Shown: piece after piece, positions 6,471-15,154 of the stretch
Layout: every line of letters starts with the position of its first letter
Numbering within the stretch: the first letter of the stretch is position 1
IMG/VR virus record: IMGVR_UViG_3300031519_004513
Coordinates: 1-24,411 of that record
Length of the DNA: 24,411 bases
Source of the DNA: a virus
Taxonomy: Duplodnaviria > Caudoviricetes
Reading direction: 5' to 3' (one strand)
Made by a program: the position numbers and the translations under genes
The notes under the pieces: model-generated
Told to the model about the DNA's origin: nothing
The model's database searches: none
What the model saw: the letters and a program-made list of their open reading frames with translations, nothing else

Positions 6471-8958
6471 TTTATTCGAAGGTGGAAACGTATTTAAAAA
6501 AGTTGAGGGCGGTGAAGTTACACCACTAACACAGCGTATTGCCACAGTTGATGTACAGCCAACAATAGATTGGATCAATGCTACATTTGGTTTTAAGTTT
6601 GTTGATGAAGACATGCTTGGCACAACAGGCAAGAAGACAAAAGAAGATGGAACATTTGAAGAGAACTCGTCGGGTGATTTAGATCTTAATGTTGATGTAA
6701 GAGAATTACCTAAAGAAGAAATAATTGCAAAACTTACTGCATGGTGCCAAAAGCAAGGCATTGATGATTTAGAAATTATGAACAAGGGCAGAACTTTCAC
6801 ACAAGGTTGGGTTGCTAACGCAGGACTTCAAATACATTTTAAAACACCAATCAGGGGTGATGTTAAAAACGGCTTTGTTCAAACAGACTTTATGCTCACA
6901 GATAATCCTGCTCTACAACGTGGAGCCAAGCGTGGCGGAACAGAGCATTACACAGGCGCTGACAGAGCAGTATTGTTATCAAGTTTAGCAAGAGGCCGCG
7001 GATATAAGTTTAGTCCTACAAAAGGCATTGTTGATCCTAACAACGGAGATAATGTTGTTGCAGACGATTGGGATGAAATTGCAAAAATACTATTAGGACC
7101 AAACGCAAGAGAAGCTGACACACATACAGTTGAAAGTATGTTTGCAAAACTTAAAAGCGATCCAGACTACGAAGAGCTAATTGCTCCGTGGAAAGAAACA
7201 ATGGCCAAGGCCGGCAAAGAAGTACCTGAGTCTACACACGGCGTATCTGGCTACAAAACATTTACTAAAGAAATAGCCCGTGTTGCTGAACGCAGTAGCA
7301 TTAGAGCAGGCTTAATGATTGCTGAACAAAGAAAAGATGAAGGCATCCTTGGCGGTATTGGTAAAGCTCTTCAAAAAGGTGCGTCCGCAGTTAAAGGTGG
7401 ATACGCTGTAGGACGAGGTGGTTCACAAAGTATGTCCAAGATGGGCAAGGCCTACAAGGGCGCAGGCGGTCCAAAAACAACTATTGGACAAGTGGCTGGT
7501 ATAGGTACTGGAATTAAAGGTTTGATATTTGGCAAAGATGCTAAAGGTAATACAGTTAAAGTTGATCCAAAGAATCCTAAGAAAGACGTAAAGGTGCTTG
7601 TTAAAAGAGGCTCGCGGACTGAAGAAGTTCCGTTTGCCAAAGTAAATGCTTACTTGAAAAAAGATTGGCAAGTTATAGCAGTAAACGAATCAAACAAACC
7701 ACTAGGCACAGCATTAAAGAAAAAACTAAAAGATGAAGGCGGCGCCGCAGGGTTTGATCCGCTTAAAGCAGTTGCAAAAAAGATGGATGTTAATCTTACA
7801 CCGGCAATGCTAAAAGGCATGCCTGGTATTAGGTTGCACAGAGATGGTGATTACATTTTAGAAGCTTCAAGAATTGATCATGCAGAAGATCTAGCTTACC
7901 TGCAAGGTTCCCAAGGAGCAATAAGAGCGTTACAAAGTTTGCGCAATATGGCAAAAGGCGGACAAGGAAACGTTACACTTAAATGGGACGGATCTCCCGC
8001 AGTTGTGTTTGGCCGCAATGAGAATGGTGAATTTGTATTCACAGACAAAAGCGGATTTGTTAAGTCAAAAGGAGTTGGTAGAACAACTAGCCCAGACGCA
8101 CTTAAACAAGAACTTCTTATGCGTAGTAAAGGAATAAACAAAGATGATCCAAAGCGTATAGCATTTGCAGACAGTATGGCACAGGCATTTGGTGTGTTTG
8201 AAAAAGCAGTACCAAAAAACTATAGAGGTTACTTCAAAGGCGACTTGTTATATTATAACACTCCGCCAGTAATAGAAAAGAACTTTGTATTTAAACCGCA
8301 ACTTGTAGAGTATGCTGTAGATGTTGCAAGTGACTTAGGTAAGAAGATTGCTAAATCAAGTGCCGGTGTAGTTGTACACAGAATGGTAGACCCAGACGGT
8401 AGTGAACACCCACTTAAAGACTTAGAAATATTTGAAGGTGATCAGTTATTAGTTGTGCCGCCTGTGACTATTGAACAGCCAGCACAAGTTCCTAACGAAG
8501 AACTTGATAGACTTGCACAAATTATTAAGAAAGACTCAGCAGACCTTGACAGTTTACTAGACGTAAATAAACTTGCACAAATGAAAATGAAAAACTTTCC
8601 TGATATCATTTATAAGTATATGAACAGTAAAGTAGATACCGGACTTGACAACTTAGGACGAGACTTTACTAAATGGCTTAACACTAGGAAAGATATTAGT
8701 GGTGTTAAACAACAAAAGATTATTGAATACATTAAGCAGAACATGAATGCTTGGACATCGTTGTTTGAAGTTATTACAGGTATAATGAAAGCAAAGGATA
8801 GTATTATTGCTGATCTAGATAAAAATCCAAATGCGGTTAAAGCTAAGACAGATGGTAAAGAAGGCGGCGAAGGGTATGTGTTAGCTCACCCTGAAGGCGA
8901 TATTAAATTAGTTAACAGAGCAGTATTTACGGCCGCTAACAGAGCAGTACAAAGATAA
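6460..8958 (+). CDS. Multidomain protein: PolX/Pol-beta-like nucleotidyltransferase, basic linker, ATP-dependent ligase-like (DUF6267-like) domain
   Basis: LGTTGKK..SSGDLDL..VQTDF..YTG in the N-terminal part; KWDG, KGDLLY, EGYV, IKLV in the C-terminal part. Probable start ATG 6460. Confidence 0.7.
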   Translation: MTSNLFEGGNVFKKVEGGEVTPLTQRIATVDVQPTIDWINATFGFKFVDEDMLGTTGKKTKEDGTFEENSSGDLDLNVDVRELPKEEIIAKLTAWCQKQGIDDLEIMNKGRTFTQGWVANAGLQIHFKTPIRGDVKNGFVQTDFMLTDNPALQRGAKRGGTEHYTGADRAVLLSSLARGRGYKFSPTKGIVDPNNGDNVVADDWDEIAKILLGPNAREADTHTVESMFAKLKSDPDYEELIAPWKETMAKAGKEVPESTHGVSGYKTFTKEIARVAERSSIRAGLMIAEQRKDEGILGGIGKALQKGASAVKGGYAVGRGGSQSMSKMGKAYKGAGGPKTTIGQVAGIGTGIKGLIFGKDAKGNTVKVDPKNPKKDVKVLVKRGSRTEEVPFAKVNAYLKKDWQVIAVNESNKPLGTALKKKLKDEGGAAGFDPLKAVAKKMDVNLTPAMLKGMPGIRLHRDGDYILEASRIDHAEDLAYLQGSQGAIRALQSLRNMAKGGQGNVTLKWDGSPAVVFGRNENGEFVFTDKSGFVKSKGVGRTTSPDALKQELLMRSKGINKDDPKRIAFADSMAQAFGVFEKAVPKNYRGYFKGDLLYYNTPPVIEKNFVFKPQLVEYAVDVASDLGKKIAKSSAGVVVHRMVDPDGSEHPLKDLEIFEGDQLLVVPPVTIEQPAQVPNEELDRLAQIIKKDSADLDSLLDVNKLAQMKMKNFPDIIYKYMNSKVDTGLDNLGRDFTKWLNTRKDISGVKQQKIIEYIKQNMNAWTSLFEVITGIMKAKDSIIADLDKNPNAVKAKTDGKEGGEGYVLAHPEGDIKLVNRAVFTAANRAVQR

Positions 8959-8974
8959 TCACAGGAGAAGTACT

Positions 8975-9397
8975 ATGAAAATGACAGACATACATGAAGC
9001 AATTGGAGATGACTTAGGGCTATCTAATCACGGCATGGAACTAGATGATCCAGACAAGGACATGAAAAAGGGTTTTAAGAAAGAACCAATATCAGGACAG
9101 CTAATGAAAGTATTAGACTCAAGAAGCAATCCAAAGCCAATCACGTTTATTACTACAGACGATGGTCGTCAACACAAGATTGGTCCTAACATGGCATCAG
9201 CATTATTGGCGTTGTTGCGTGGACAAATTGGTGACATGAAGCCACAGGCACGTGAAAGACTTACAGACAAACTGCAAACTTCGCAAGGGCTTGAAATGGC
9301 TATGAGTGCAAAGACAGCCAAAGAGCTGGTTAACATTGCATCAGATCTAATTGGCATGGCCGATACGGATCGAAGCAGAGAGAAAAGCATATACTAA
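8975..9397 (+). CDS. Hypothetical protein, probable head-associated
   Basis: CAGGAG SD; leader MKMTDIHE. Confidence 0.75.
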   Translation: MKMTDIHEAIGDDLGLSNHGMELDDPDKDMKKGFKKEPISGQLMKVLDSRSNPKPITFITTDDGRQHKIGPNMASALLALLRGQIGDMKPQARERLTDKLQTSQGLEMAMSAKTAKELVNIASDLIGMADTDRSREKSIY

Positions 9398-9398
9398 T

Positions 9399-10268
9399 AT
9401 GGACTTCATTAAAGAACTTCACGAAGCTAGACTGACTCGCGGAAGCGGTGCATTAAAGTCTCTTACGTATACAGATTGTTGCGAACGGGCATACTTGACT
9501 ATGCTTATCTTAGAAGTTCTAAGAAGGTTTCCAAACACTGCACCCTACGCACATGGATACGCAAAGAAGACAGCCGGTGCTGACAACTATAAACATTTTA
9601 GAATGTCGTCAACTGATCTTTATAACTTTGTATACTTCATTGAAGGGGACGAAGATGCTCACAGCAAACTCAAAGATCCAGGCGCGGCAAAAAGATTAAG
9701 TGCAACTACGCATTTTCCATTAATGGCGTTTAATCGTTATGTACATGCATTAGGAAATGCTACAGCATCAAGCTCTCGAGACCAACAAACTTTTATTAAC
9801 ATTGAATCTGCATTAAAGATTACTAACACTGATTATAAAGGTATTAGGCGAAACGTTTTTAGTTTTGTTTCTATTTCTGCTGATAGTAAAAAGAAATTGG
9901 TTACTAGACTATTGCTTGCCGCAAGAGCTAAACTACGGTCAAGTGATATTATTGAATACTTAGAGAAGCTGTCAGCAGAAAGAGACCTTGAAGTATATCG
10001 TATAACTGATCCTGAACCAAAAGTAAGTGTTCCGGACATTAACGTAACAGGACAGGACCTAGCAGTATACGCAAGATTAGTAGGATCTAAGAACTTAATG
10101 CTAACAAAGAAGTTTTTAGAACTTGCTAAAGATGGTAAGAGTATACCGGCTAGTGTAGTACAAGCGTACTTGCCTGCTATCGTTATGTTAGATAATATAG
10201 TAAAAGGTGGCCCTAGCTTTATATCACTGCTAAGGACACTAGAAAATCGGGCTCAAAACACCCGATAA
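9399..10268 (+). CDS. Hypothetical protein, probable head-associated
   Basis: Probable start ATG 9399, 1 nt after the previous stop; leader MDFIKELHE. Confidence 0.75.
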   Translation: MDFIKELHEARLTRGSGALKSLTYTDCCERAYLTMLILEVLRRFPNTAPYAHGYAKKTAGADNYKHFRMSSTDLYNFVYFIEGDEDAHSKLKDPGAAKRLSATTHFPLMAFNRYVHALGNATASSSRDQQTFINIESALKITNTDYKGIRRNVFSFVSISADSKKKLVTRLLLAARAKLRSSDIIEYLEKLSAERDLEVYRITDPEPKVSVPDINVTGQDLAVYARLVGSKNLMLTKKFLELAKDGKSIPASVVQAYLPAIVMLDNIVKGGPSFISLLRTLENRAQNTR

Positions 10269-10291
10269 GTCGGCATTTTTATGCAATTGGC

Positions 10292-10297
10292 TAAATA
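10292..10297 (+). promoter_or_regulatory. Putative late promoter
   Basis: GGCTAAATACT. Confidence 0.6.
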
Positions 10298-10360
10298 CTT
10301 ATAACAACTTCATAGAGTAATGAAGATGTCCATTAAGAGAAAATCACAGGAGATTATAAA

Positions 10361-10705
10361 ATGGCAGGACAAGCACAAGGAAACGGCGGATTGGCCGGAA
10401 CAAGTAATGGTTTAGGTGGAAGAACTAGAATCATTAATTTAGCAAAATCAAACATGACAGAAGCAGAACTTAAAGCGGCTCTAAGATACTTAGCGGCAGG
10501 TGACGTAGCTGGAACAAACGATGCACACACAATCGCAGGCGTTGCTCCACTTACAGAATCAGGTATTTTCCTAGGCGGAACTACTGACGCTGTACAAGTA
10601 GCTATTCAAGGTACAGGCGTTGCAACTATGGCGTCAAACTTTGGTACAGGTTCAACTGGTATCACAGCTACATTGATTGCTGATTTTATCGACGCACCAA
10701 TCTAA
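10361..10705 (+). CDS. Small Gly/Ala/Thr-rich probable virion protein
   Basis: Own late motif, CAGGAG SD and strong terminator. Confidence 0.7.
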   Translation: MAGQAQGNGGLAGTSNGLGGRTRIINLAKSNMTEAELKAALRYLAAGDVAGTNDAHTIAGVAPLTESGIFLGGTTDAVQVAIQGTGVATMASNFGTGSTGITATLIADFIDAPI

Positions 10706-10741
10706 GCGTAAAGTAAACGTTAGTTAATAACTAACTTCAAA

Positions 10742-10770
10742 GGGTGTCGTTTTTACGGCACCCTTTTTTT
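10742..10770 (+). terminator. Intrinsic terminator
   Basis: GGGTGTCGT-TTTT-ACGGCACCC followed by T7. Confidence 0.9.
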
Positions 10771-10776
10771 ACGACC

Positions 10777-10784
10777 TATAAATA
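10777..10784 (+). promoter_or_regulatory. T4-type late promoter TATAAATA
   Basis: Exact T4 gp55 consensus, 5 nt before ATG 10790. Confidence 0.7.
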
Positions 10785-10789
10785 CATAC

Positions 10790-11200
10790 ATGAAAGTATA
10801 CTCCCTTATAGACATCACTGAAACTAAACAACGTAGGAATAATAGCGATAACGTTGTTGCAATTGGACAGCAAGCAAACTGGATGACATTTGTACAAACA
10901 ATGATGTTAAGGACTAACATGATGTATGAATCCCCCACAGCAGTAAAGTACACAGCCGCAGAGCTTAAAAAACTAGGCTTTGGTACAGACTACAAAGGCG
11001 GCCATACAGTTTGGGAAGTAGACATTACAACAGACAGCTATCAAACAATGCCAGCTGTTGAATCACTAGAATCTGACTTTAATTTAGTACCAACAGTCGC
11101 CAACTTAACTGAGACAATTAGGATAAATAATAATGTATTCCGAACATCGGACCAGGCAAAAAACATATTATTTAAGGCTACTGAAAACCCATTAGGCTAA
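10790..11200 (+). CDS. Hypothetical phage protein (136 aa)
   Basis: ORF directly after the late motif. Confidence 0.75.
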   Translation: MKVYSLIDITETKQRRNNSDNVVAIGQQANWMTFVQTMMLRTNMMYESPTAVKYTAAELKKLGFGTDYKGGHTVWEVDITTDSYQTMPAVESLESDFNLVPTVANLTETIRINNNVFRTSDQAKNILFKATENPLG

Positions 11201-11260
11201 CGTCAAGTTTACTAATAACCCTTTGAGCAAGGGACTAAAAAATAAGTACCGGAGAATAAA

Positions 11261-11491
11261 ATGGCCACCGAGCTAGAAAAAACAAACCTAGAAGCGCATG
11301 TTGATTTATGTGCAATTAGATACGAAGCATTAGAAAATCGTATGGAAAAGATCGAAGTAAAAGTAGAGCATATTCATATTGATGTACAAGCTGGCAACAA
11401 GTCGTTAATTAAAGTTATTGTTGGTGCTACCGGAACTATTGTAGCAGGCTTGCTTAGTACTATTGTAGTTCTCCTTGTAAACTTTTCATAA
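11261..11491 (+). CDS. Coiled-coil plus C-terminal TM protein (XhlA/holin-like architecture)
   Basis: GGAG SD; heptad-like YEALENRMEKIEVKVE; hydrophobic tail. Confidence 0.65.
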   Translation: MATELEKTNLEAHVDLCAIRYEALENRMEKIEVKVEHIHIDVQAGNKSLIKVIVGATGTIVAGLLSTIVVLLVNFS

Positions 11492-11501
11492 CCTTCCTAA
11501 C

Positions 11502-11507
11502 TAAATA
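11502..11507 (+). promoter_or_regulatory. Putative late promoter
   Basis: ACTAAATACT, 5 nt before ATG 11513. Confidence 0.6.
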
Positions 11508-11512
11508 CTGTT

Positions 11513-11800
11513 ATGCTAATAACAGATATCACACCCAACTCCGACTTAACAGAAAAGCAAATCTGGGGTCGTCGAGGAAAAACACTAGTCCGTAAGTACA
11601 AATGCTCAAGTGGCAATCGTAAAGGACGTATTGTTGCTAAGATAGCACAATGTTTTGCCGCACCAAACATTAAAAAGAAAATATCAATGAAGCGTACTAG
11701 AGCTCGACTTGGTGCTAGAATGGCACGTAAGGCTAAGAGAACTAAGCGCATTAATCCAGCTTCAATTGCTTTAACTAGATTGAATAAGAGAAGCAGATGA
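11513..11800 (+). CDS. Highly basic protein, paralog 1
   Basis: Arg/Lys-rich; RKYKCSSGNRKGRIVAK. Confidence 0.8.
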   Translation: MLITDITPNSDLTEKQIWGRRGKTLVRKYKCSSGNRKGRIVAKIAQCFAAPNIKKKISMKRTRARLGARMARKAKRTKRINPASIALTRLNKRSR

Positions 11801-11913
11801 GAATTCAAGACATTACAGAAGGCGCTGTCGGTATCTTTGGAAGATCCAAAGGCAAAGTAACACGCAAGTATCGTTGCACAAGTGGCACACGTAAAGGACG
11901 TATTGTTGCTAAG
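11618..11913 (+). repeat. 24-nt direct repeat shared by the paralogous genes
   Basis: CGTAAAGGACGTATTGTTGCTAAG at 11618-11641 and 11890-11913. Confidence 0.9.
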
Positions 11914-12114
11914 GCTACAACATGTAATGCTCCAATCAACGTTAAATCTAAACTAGCAATGAAAAAGACTAGAGCAAGAAAAGGCTCAATGATGGGAGTT
12001 AAGTCTAAGTTTACAAAACGTAACAGTCCAACCTCAAAAACTATAAATAGATTAAACAAGACTAGAATGAAACCTACTAAACGTTCAACAGCCAAGCGGA
12101 AGAGAATGAAATGA
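11797..12114 (+). CDS. Highly basic protein, paralog 2
   Basis: RKYRCTSGTRKGRIVAK; ATGA overlap. Confidence 0.8.
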   Translation: MRIQDITEGAVGIFGRSKGKVTRKYRCTSGTRKGRIVAKATTCNAPINVKSKLAMKKTRARKGSMMGVKSKFTKRNSPTSKTINRLNKTRMKPTKRSTAKRKRMK

Positions 12115-12749
12115 GATTAAACGAATTAAACAATCAACGCATTGAAGAACTAACAGCACAACAAATAGCTCAGGCCACAGCCAAAGGAGCAAAGGTAGCC
12201 GGTAAAGCGGCAGTTACCACAGCCCAAGGCGCAAAGATAGCCGGTAAAGCGGCAGTAGGTGCTGTGAAAAAAGTTGCAGGTGGTGCAAAAAAATTAGCCG
12301 ACAAGGGTTTGGATAAGGCCGCAGGCGCATTAGCAAATAAAGCGGCAAGTATGGGTGCAACAGCAGGTGATGTAACCGGAGCACAAAAAGAACTTGGGAA
12401 ACAAGGCGGAGTTGTTGGTAAAGTAGCTAATTCAAAACTTGGAAAAAATATGGCAGGTAGAGTTGCTAAGAAATTACCTGGGCAACAACCTCCCCAAAAA
12501 CTAGATCCTAAAGCAAAGCAATTAGCACGACAACAAGCACAAAGAGCCGCACAGGGTTCTAAACTAGCTGGTGGTAGTTCAGCCGCTAAGTTTCAGCAAG
12601 GTGCAGACGCAATAGGACAAGGAAAAGCTGTAACTGGAATGTTGTCAAAAGAAATGGGTCCACACATTAAAAATTTACAAGCAATTTTAGGCAATCCATC
12701 ACTTAGAATGAAATGGATGCAATTAGTTAAACAGGCAAAAGTAAAATGA
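12111..12749 (+). CDS. Ala/Lys/Gly/Gln-rich probable internal head protein
   Basis: Leader MRLNEL; 14-aa internal repeat; ATGA overlaps. Confidence 0.75.
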   Translation: MRLNELNNQRIEELTAQQIAQATAKGAKVAGKAAVTTAQGAKIAGKAAVGAVKKVAGGAKKLADKGLDKAAGALANKAASMGATAGDVTGAQKELGKQGGVVGKVANSKLGKNMAGRVAKKLPGQQPPQKLDPKAKQLARQQAQRAAQGSKLAGGSSAAKFQQGADAIGQGKAVTGMLSKEMGPHIKNLQAILGNPSLRMKWMQLVKQAKVK

Positions 12750-13198
12750 GATTTAACGAGTTTAAAACTAGAACAGACGAGATTGCACCTCTTGCTCCAA
12801 TTGCGGCAGGCGTAGCCAGAGTTGGTGCAAAGATGATGGGCAAAGGTATTGGCATGGCGGCAAAACTTGGAAGTAAGGGTGCTGGCATGGCGGCAAAAGC
12901 TGGTGCAAAACTTGGAAAGAGTGCAGTAGTTGGAGCAGGTAATTTGGCTAAGAAAGCTGTTGGTACTGCAAAAAATGCAGTTGTAAATAAAGCTATAGCC
13001 AAAGCTGACAGTGTACTACAACAAAAACTATTAACTCCTGGACAAGAACTAGCCGGAGGAGTCATTGACAAAGTAACAGGTAGCGAAGTTACTATAGCAG
13101 ACCCAAAGAACAAACAAGGTCCTAAATCAGTATACGATAAAAAATCCCCAGAAATTAAAGCGGCACTAGACCAATTGTCTCAGGACGCCCAGGCATGA
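12746..13198 (+). CDS. Ala/Lys/Gly-rich probable internal head protein
   Basis: Leader MRFNEF; GMAAK repeats. Confidence 0.75.
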   Translation: MRFNEFKTRTDEIAPLAPIAAGVARVGAKMMGKGIGMAAKLGSKGAGMAAKAGAKLGKSAVVGAGNLAKKAVGTAKNAVVNKAIAKADSVLQQKLLTPGQELAGGVIDKVTGSEVTIADPKNKQGPKSVYDKKSPEIKAALDQLSQDAQA

Positions 13199-13398
13199 AA
13201 ATAAACGAACTCATACAGGAATTCACAATCCAAGCTACGAACGAAGAGCGAGTAGTTATGCAGAAGTGTGACACTGTACGATCATTAGACAGTTTCTCAG
13301 AAAGAGATAGATTCATAATCGAAGCTCTCATACGTAAATCTTTAGTAAGTAAGATAGTACAGAATGGAACAGTCATGGTCGTGATAAATGAGTTTTGA
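13195..13398 (+). CDS. Small hypothetical protein (67 aa)
   Basis: Leader MKINELIQE; ATGA overlap. Confidence 0.7.
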   Translation: MKINELIQEFTIQATNEERVVMQKCDTVRSLDSFSERDRFIIEALIRKSLVSKIVQNGTVMVVINEF

Positions 13399-13816
13399 TA
13401 AAACCCTTGCCCAAGAACTAGAAGATATTGTAGTATCCGGCTTAGCCGAAATACCTTTGCCATACCAAAAAGGCAACAGTATAAGACTAAAGAATGTGGT
13501 TATTCGAAAACATAAAAACGGATACCGTGTGTTTAATATAAGTACTAATAAGCATATACAAACAGTGTTTACAAAAACAGCCGCAGTGGCCATAGCTAAG
13601 TTATACGCACAGAAGCAAGAAGACATGGTTGATAGTATAATTAACCTAGATGATAGAGTAGCAAAGCACTATATGGATGCATTGTTTGCTAAACGAACAG
13701 TAGAGAGTAGCAAAGATAATATACGACGAGAGTCTGCAGAGACAAATTTTGACATCGCACTAGAACGAGCTTGGAGCTCATTAGCGCAGATAGAAAGTTA
13801 TATCTTTGATAAATAA
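13388..13816 (+). CDS. Hypothetical phage protein (142 aa)
   Basis: Co-oriented, overlapping ORF in the operon. Confidence 0.75.
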   Translation: MSFDKTLAQELEDIVVSGLAEIPLPYQKGNSIRLKNVVIRKHKNGYRVFNISTNKHIQTVFTKTAAVAIAKLYAQKQEDMVDSIINLDDRVAKHYMDALFAKRTVESSKDNIRRESAETNFDIALERAWSSLAQIESYIFDK

Positions 13817-13842
13817 ATATATAATGACAAAGGAACAGAACC

Positions 13843-14796
13843 ATGCTTATTAACGAATTTTCAAAACCTATTACAGTTAAGTCTCTAAATGAGAACCTAG
13901 CTAAAAGATATGGTAAAACTATTGATGTAGACAAATTTACAACTGAGCAACTAATGAACGCTCGTAACAAATTACGTACAACACTTTCACAAGTTGAGAC
14001 TAATGAGAGTTTTGATTCTGTTCACACTAGCGATACATATCAAAAGAACAAATTGTTCCTTGAGCTTTTGAACACAGCATTGTCAGAGCGTGATATGTTA
14101 GAAGGTGAAGTACCAGCAGGGCTAAAAGCATACCAAGATAAGAAAGCAGGCAAGAAGCCAGCAGATAAGAAGCCAAAAGACGGCAAGATGCCAATGGATG
14201 ACAATGGCACGCCAGGTGACAAGTCAGACGACAAGCCAGCTTTCCTTAAAAAGAAAGATTCTAAAACTGATGAAGGTTCATACGGTAAGAAGAAGAAGGC
14301 TGTTAAAGAAGGCGCAGAAGAAGAAGCAACTCTTGTTATGGCCGCAAAGGATATGGTTGATCGCATTACTGGTTGGATGGAAGACACAGCAGAAATGCAA
14401 ACTGAATCCATGCTAGAACTAGGCGACAAGATTAGAGACGAGCACGGAGTTGATCAAAGTGAAAACTTTATTAACACAGTTAAGCCTGCATTAGGTTCGT
14501 TGTTTTCATCACTAGAGGTTACCCGTGACGCATTGACATCTGGCGTAGCTATCTTAACAGGCGAAGGCGCACCTCAAACAATGGGCGACGAAGTAGAAGA
14601 TGACGACATGACCGACATGGATATGGACGACACTGATATGGATGCAGACGTTGACGCAGACGACATGGACGACGAGTTTGGTGCGGCAGACGCAAGTGCT
14701 GGTGGAGATGAACCAGAAGATAGAAGCAAGCGCGAGAGTGTAGAACTTTCAAAGCGTTTAGGTCTATTACTGGCTGGCTCAAAAAAAAAGCAATAA
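13843..14796 (+). CDS. Acidic scaffold/prohead-core-like protein
   Basis: TAAATA (13810-13819) and AAGGA SD; leader MLINEF; several [ILV]xE sites; D/M-rich acidic tract. Confidence 0.7.
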   Translation: MLINEFSKPITVKSLNENLAKRYGKTIDVDKFTTEQLMNARNKLRTTLSQVETNESFDSVHTSDTYQKNKLFLELLNTALSERDMLEGEVPAGLKAYQDKKAGKKPADKKPKDGKMPMDDNGTPGDKSDDKPAFLKKKDSKTDEGSYGKKKKAVKEGAEEEATLVMAAKDMVDRITGWMEDTAEMQTESMLELGDKIRDEHGVDQSENFINTVKPALGSLFSSLEVTRDALTSGVAILTGEGAPQTMGDEVEDDDMTDMDMDDTDMDADVDADDMDDEFGAADASAGGDEPEDRSKRESVELSKRLGLLLAGSKKKQ

Positions 14797-14823
14797 GTGA
14801 AAGTGTTTCAGACAGCCTTTCAC
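14784..14823 (+). other. Putative -1 programmed ribosomal frameshift signal
   Basis: In-frame A_AAA_AAG (14784-14790), 6-nt spacer, stem GTGAAAG (14797-14803)/CTTTCAC (14817-14823). Confidence 0.7.
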
Positions 14824-15089
14824 AAATCATACATTTAAAATTACAACAAGGTGCCGGCAAAATTAGCTGGGACGAACTAAACGATTACCTTAGTAACACC
14901 GAAAGTGAACACTTTGATAGAGAAAGTTTTGTTGTTGCATATAACAGTGACCAGCGTTTACAAAATCTAGTTAATAACTTTGACGAAAACGGACTTGTAC
15001 TTGCTGGTAGTCAAGACATTCGGTCTGAACCAGAAGACAAAACTGTCGATAACATGGCTGACAGAGCTACAGCCAACGCAATGAAATAA
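14790..15089 (+). CDS. Start-less -1 frame ORF (99 codons), probable frameshift extension
   Basis: AISESVSDSLSQIIHLKLQQGAGKISWDELNDYL..DNMADRATANAMK*; no ATG/GTG/TTG between the in-frame TAG at 14721 and 15054. Confidence 0.7.
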   Translation, partial: AISESVSDSLSQIIHLKLQQGAGKISWDELNDYLSNTESEHFDRESFVVAYNSDQRLQNLVNNFDENGLVLAGSQDIRSEPEDKTVDNMADRATANAMK

Positions 15090-15103
15090 CCCCAAAATAA
15101 CAC

Positions 15104-15132
15104 TTGACTTCTTAACTTTATGATTGTATAAT
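15104..15132 (+). promoter_or_regulatory. Sigma70-type promoter
   Basis: TTGACT-N17-TATAAT. Confidence 0.85.
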
Positions 15133-15154
15133 AGTATACATATAGGAGTTAAGA

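Noticed and set aside
10262-10280. Terminator CCGA-TAAG-TCGG..TTTTT
   Set aside because: Only a 4-bp stem with an offset T tract; too weak to call.
11618-12917. CRISPR-like repeats
   Set aside because: Repeats are two-copy, in-frame and within coding sequence.
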